Shown here piece by piece: positions 58,749 through 64,000 of a stretch of 64,000 nt of DNA (the first letter of the stretch is position 1; every line of letters starts with the position of its first letter). The position numbers were made by a program, and so were the translations under genes. The notes under the pieces were generated by a model. It was not told where the DNA came from, did no database searches, and was given only the letters and a program-made list of their open reading frames with translations. The stretch is from Callorhinchus milii. Taxonomy: Eukaryota. Where the stretch lies: the NCBI RefSeq assembly GCF_018977255.1, contig NW_024704742.1, forward strand, positions 102,364,001 through 102,428,000, written 5' to 3'.

Positions 58749-59070
58749 TAATAATAATCATCCTTGCATTTGATATAATGCCTTATCATGTCGTTGCAAT
58801 GTCTCAAAGCGCTTCACAGAATATACTGTAAAGTGGATTGACTGTATATTTTGTGGGCGGAACGGGGTAGCCAGTTGCACACAGCAGTGTCCCACAAAAA
58901 CAGTCATGGATTGACTGACCAAATTACTATTATTACTTTTTTTAAAGTGATTATTATGTCTGGAAAGCGATCTGCCAATCGACAACCGGTTCCTACTTAC
59001 TGCTAGGTAAAATGGCATGTAGAGTAGAAAACATGCCTAAGGTTTTGCCCCGCTCGGGAATCTGACTCAG
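58749..59070 (-). mobile_element. Older long-form family-B SINE, 5'-truncated within the head
   Basis: Shared 3' module plus the CORE-like segment GGAAAGCGATCTGCCAATCGACAACCGGTTCCTACTTACTGCTAGGTAAA. Confidence 0.88.
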
Positions 59071-59279
59071 ATAAGGGAATAAGTAAAATCCGAGGAAATG
59101 GAAATCACTTATAAAAATTATAAATCTATAATAATGTAAAAGTTCAGTATATCTGGAAGATTGTTGGTCAGTATACCAAAATGAACTATAGACTATTCTC
59201 TTGTTTCATATTTATTTTTATAGAATTAAATAACATAGTAGGAGATCATTTTGCCCCATTTTCTTGTGTCAGATAAACT

Positions 59280-59326
59280 CACCCCAGATGGGATATGAAC
59301 CCACAATCCCTAGTTTATTAGTTCAG
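59280..59326 (-). pseudogene. tRNA-Arg-like 3'-half fragment (tRNA pseudogene or SINE head)
   Basis: The minus strand reads AGGGATTGTGGGTTCATATCCCATCTGGGGTG, close to the vertebrate tRNA-Arg(CCT) 3' half as I recall it (AGGGATTGTGGGTTCGAGTCCCATCTGGGGTG). The anticodon arm is decayed and the 5' half is missing. Confidence 0.5.
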
Positions 59327-61055
59327 TCGATTTGGTAGTTTATTTAATGTCCACCTGAAAACAGGGAAACAGGAGCTTGGTTTATTGGCTCATCTAAGGC
59401 TTGGTACATTTTCCGAAGTGTTTATTGGGTTCCTACGATGGCTCAGCTGTTAAGTGCACTCACTGCTCAGTGTGGATCTGAACCATAGGCACTGGGTAGC
59501 TTCCAGGTTCAATCTGTGCTGCGTTAGCTGACCTTCACCTTGCATCTTGACAAAAACACCCAAAATAATTAACAGAGCACGATGTTTCTCTGCAGGTTTC
59601 TGTTGCCAACAACTGGAAAGAAGTGACAAGTTCGTTAATTTTTAGAACAAAGTAATTTTATTTTATGTTGTGCATTTCTGATTTGTCAAAGTTATTTCAA
59701 TTGGAATTGTCTTCTCCATCCCAAGGTTATTGAAGTCAATTGTAGTGTCCTACTGTGATCCCAGTTGAGACGAGCTAACTCAGCACAAAGATGGAATTGA
59801 CCCCCCCAGGCTATTTGCCTCAGTTTCACATTGGGCAGCCTTCTAAAGGGTTTTGTAAAGTAGAATGAATGAATGGATAACCCGATAGTTCATTTGGTAA
59901 AGCCACCGCCCAAAGAATAACTGAGTCGCACCAAGCTCTGCCAACGACTATAAATTGAAAATTTGTACTTTCATTTTATATTGTTTAAAAATCACGTAGT
60001 GCACAATTTTCAGAGTCATTGTTCGTTTCTCTGATGCAAACTGAAAGTGGTCTGCTGACTGAAGCACAATCCTCAATCAGTGCAGCATTGGCAGTGTGCC
60101 AGCTATGGTGCAGACCACATGCTGCTCTGTTGTCAAATAGTAAACCTCGAGAGTTATGATAAGGAGTTTTAATGATTTATAATTTTTTTTACAATCCAGC
60201 AGTTGCTACATTTGGTTAGTAAGTCTGCATCAACAATATTATTACTATTCCATAGATGCATTTGAATAGTGTGGGAAGGTATCCTCATGCCAGCTTTTTC
60301 CTCCTTTCCTCCCCTAGACAACAAGGCAGAAAATAGCACAATTCACTCTCTAGGACAAATTTGAATGCAAATGTCAGTCTCGTGTCTCCAAGCTGGGAGT
60401 AATGCTGTAGTACTGCAGACATTGTATTCATCTCATGATGCTGTCTCTTCAATTATCTAAAGAGCCATTGACACATTTCATGCAAATGCAGATTTCATCC
60501 AAATTAGCAATAGCTCCAAATAGGTATCATAAATGGTGCAAATGCAACTCATTCAACGTAAAGTAAATCCTCTTAGCCTGACAGGTTAACATTTATTTCG
60601 AGATCAGGGTAACTGCTGTGCACTGATATAAACTCCATGATTAAAATGTTGCTTTACCATTTTATCTACATACCCACTGAGTCAAGAGTGTTACGATTTG
60701 ATGACATTCAACATTCCATGAGACAAAGGTACAGTGCAAACTGATGGACTTTAAATCAGTTCAAATAAACAGGATTAAAGATTGTATGTGGTAGGCCCAG
60801 AGATAGCTGCACATCAGTTCTGTACACTCAATTGCCATTGTGCACATCTTAGTGACTAGCTCAAGAACTGCAATTCACAGGAACTCTGCTAGCTGGCCTA
60901 CTGAGCAGAGATGATGCGTTTCATGGCGGAACATACAAGGAAAGGGAGTGTTTAAACATATAAGCCAGACATTTACATTAAAGTGCAACATTCAGTTAAC
61001 TGAATAAATGAACAAATGGCTATAACTTAAATCAGTCAAATAAGAGGATGTTAAA

Positions 61056-61500
61056 AATAACAACAATAATTCTTGCATTTGATATCACGCCTTTCATGTC
61101 ATGAGGAAGTCTCAAAGCACTATATTGCAGAGATACTCTCTTTCAGATTGGACCAGATGGGTAATCTTAAAGAACTAAGTTTTATAGTAAAATCCAGTAA
61201 CACGCTTAAAGACGTTCTCCTTAAAGGCAAGACACTATACCAAATGCAAGGAATATTATTATTATTTCCAAATCGAGGTTCCGCCTGCTTCTTCAGTTTA
61301 CACTATTTGAAAAGACAAAGCAATTTCTCCCAGTGTCTTGGCCAAATACCCTCCAAATTAATTGGTCATTTACCTCAGGGAGTTTGCTGGTGCAATTGAC
61401 TGACTTGTTTGTCTTCAAAAGTAATTACTTATTTGTAATTACTCGTGAAGTGCTTTGAGACATTTCAACAAGATAAGGTGTTATAAAAATACAAGTTATT
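61056..61500. mobile_element. Cluster of SINE tail and Deu fragments (61056-61130 -, 61200-61268 +, 61300-61500 +)
   Basis: TTGCATTTGATATCACGCCTTTCATGTC; CAAATGCAAGGAATATTATT; CTCCCAGTGTCTTGGCCAAAT. Confidence 0.7.
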
Positions 61501-62917
61501 TTCTTTATTTTTCTTTTGCATTCTCTCTATCTCTATCAAATAGCAGTGCTGACGTAATCTCTGATTACATCTCTCACTCCTGGTAGATGTCAATACCTAG
61601 CTCTTCACATTAGCTGCTAAGGGCAAAAACAATCACATAAATGATTATAATTGCTGGGAACAGTGGTGACATCATGCTTTTTTGCTGACAGATGTTTATT
61701 GGGAGCATCTGGGAGTTAGTCGTTTGACAAAATCTTGGAGTGTGATTGGTCAGGACTCCTTGGGGAGGCTGCCACATGTTGTATTAATCTTCTGAGTACT
61801 GTGGTGAGGTGGGGGGAGGGAAAAGTACCTTACTGTAAATCAACATGTTTTTTTACCCTTTGAATCGTCCTACTATTCAAAATTCTAATAACGATACTCT
61901 TGAACAAACAACACTAACTACACAACATCCAAAAAAAGCACAGTTGATCCACTTATCTTAGAAGATCTGCCTCTATTGTGACTTAAGTCTTGTTATGTGG
62001 AGAACCTCGAGCAATTCAATTATTGTGGCTCATCTGTAACAGTATGTTTACATCTGCAGGGCACATTCACTTCATCCTGAAGTCAATATATATCCATCCT
62101 CATTGTAGACCTGAATATTTTTACAAGGGCTCACACTAAATGACTGTAGCATTCACAGAGTCAAGAATATTAAAGTAGAGCATTTAAGTTTTTTTAAAAA
62201 TGCTGACAGTAATTTACACAATTATAAAATTACTTTTCCGAAAATATTGTCTATAAAATCCAATGAAGTGGGGCGTTGCACTGTGTCACTTACGTAGTGG
62301 ATTTCATGGTAATTTGATAGTGAAAGTAAATTTATATTTCCAAATGATCCAACTGCTGCTCTATTTTCACTGCACTATTAGTTATTTTAAAGTAGGAATA
62401 TTTTTAGCTATGAAAACACCGGAAAGTGATGTATTTAGACCTAATGTTTTAATTTCCATTATGTGAATAGAAATAAACTCATCAGACATCTGGCTTTTCC
62501 TGAAATACATTCATAGAGTACCCTGAAATCCAGCATTTACATAATTTTTCACAGTGTAAACATTTGTTCTTTAATCACAGATAGCTAAATTAATCATCTT
62601 TTATTTATTATTTTCAAACTTGATTTTTCAAATGTTCACTGATTTTGCTTTTATTTAACCAAGGCATACCAATTCATTTACACATGGGAGCATTGAAGGA
62701 AACAGGACAGTGTATTTTCAGTGACAAATCCTTTAGAGATAGTATTTTGGGATGTTTATTCTCCACTTTGACAGCCAAATAAGACACGATTTATAATTTG
62801 AATCCTGAAGATCTCCAACACTGCTGCTCCCCTTTAACTGCTCAGCTTACAAGCTTGAAGTGTGGCCTGATCTAATAGCTGGGGGTTGGCAGGAGTGTTG
62901 TCATGTTCACTCCACTC

Positions 62918-63030
62918 GTAATAATATTAATAATAAAGCACTATTGATATAGCGCTTTATCATCGAGACATCTCAAAGCGCTTCACAGGATTTTACTGTA
63001 ACATCTAGTGACTGTGTATTTGTAGGCATC
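62918..63030 (-). mobile_element. SINE 3' fragment
   Basis: TTGATATAGCGCTTTATCATCGAGACATCTCAAAGCGCTTCACAGG. Confidence 0.78.
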
Positions 63031-63124
63031 ATTTAGAGGAATTGAGCTGCGGACATTGCGTTCTCCACTTTTTCAAACACTGCTCTGACCTTAGCTGAGC
63101 CATACCAAGAAAACGATGAACTTT

Positions 63125-63372
63125 GGGGTCTAAGCCTTCAGTCACTAGGCCCATAACCTCTGGGCCTCCCTACCTCTATCCCTCTGCCTTGCCCTTTCTC
63201 TATCTGTCTTTAAATTCCACCTTAAAACCTACTTCTTCAATCCTGCCTATGGGCACCTTTCCTTATTCCCTTGCTCTAGGGAGTCCAACCGCAATACTGT
63301 GAATTGCTCTGAGATGTTATCTTTTGTGAAGATCTCCCTCTTTTGTAAATGCAAGTTGTTATTATAATTTGT
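63125..63372 (+). mobile_element. Old L2 3' end
   Basis: GCCTTCAGTCACTAGGCCCATAACCTCTGG...TTTAAATTCCACCTTAAAACCTACTTCTTCAATCCTGCCTAT...TAAATGCAAGTTGTT. Confidence 0.75.
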
Positions 63373-64000
63373 TAGTTATGCAAACCATGTATAATCCCAT
63401 ATGTGAAGGGGAAAGTTACAGGCAACCTCAACTGGGGACCAAATTGCAGGATTTGTAAAACAATTGTAGCTAGTGAATCCTGGATGTTTCATTGACTGAC
63501 CTTTGCAACTCCATTCAGATTCCAATCTCTGTTTCGACTTCTGTAAAATCTGCATCCGAGCAGAGTTCCTGAGGATCAGCCATGACACATCCCGGATTTG
63601 CTACTTACTAATCCTTTTGCAATTTAGTCCTCTTTTTGTAATTAGCAACCAAAGAAAAGGATTATATGTGATCCTGGAATCCTTTACGTTGGTTGTTAAT
63701 TGCTTAACTAAGGGCACTTGTAATTCCCACTTTACATATGTCTTTACAGATGGTTACTAAACCTTGTAAATTAGGTCCACATGTCAGCTTTCCACATCCT
63801 GGCTGAGGAGTGCAGACCACCTGAAAAGTGACGTAGTTCACTCTTTACATCTGTTGCCCATTCAACATTAACACTAGAGACAGAATAGCAGAGCTGTGCC
63901 CACTCCAGCAACTCTGATCTTTGCACATTACACAGAGAGACTTCCAAATGGTCAGTCTGCAACACATTCATTATTTCCTGGGTGTGAATCCTTTTGTGAT

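Noticed and set aside
1..64000. Prokaryotic systems (operons, CRISPR arrays, defence islands)
   Set aside because: There are no long ORFs and no regularly spaced repeat-spacer array; the recurring sequences are dispersed SINE/LINE copies typical of a vertebrate genome.

Overview
This is eukaryotic, AT-rich, mostly non-coding vertebrate DNA. The repeat set points to a cartilaginous fish, possibly a chimaera (inference): L2 and CR1/HER1-like LINE fragments, Deu-domain SINEs, a young tRNA-Ala/CORE-like SINE with an L2-type tail, and a shark-type Penelope terminal repeat. I can recognise no intact host protein-coding gene, rRNA, functional tRNA or CRISPR array; most listed ORFs are decayed LINE frames or chance frames. 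The window is a layered transposon landscape. Best-supported items: (1) a 1.06-kb two-LTR Ty3/Gypsy (Mag-like) mini-element with tRNA-Leu PBS, gag+protease remnants and PPT but no RT/integrase, plus a solo LTR of the same family, both inserted in Deu-SINEs; (2) a 197-bp Penelope-type mini-insertion with a hammerhead-ribozyme core, an inverted terminal copy and a 14-bp flanking direct repeat; (3) two hAT-type MITE families with 8-bp TSDs; (4) a young SINE subfamily lacking half its CORE-like domain, one copy preceded by a 26-bp head-to-tail micro-SINE; (5) an LF-SINE-like relic; (6) perfected palindromes inside old SINEs; (7) weak hints of a minus-strand spliced transcript and repeat-poor, enhancer-like blocks. 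Family names come from remembered consensus motifs, not database searches, and boundaries of old repeats are approximate.
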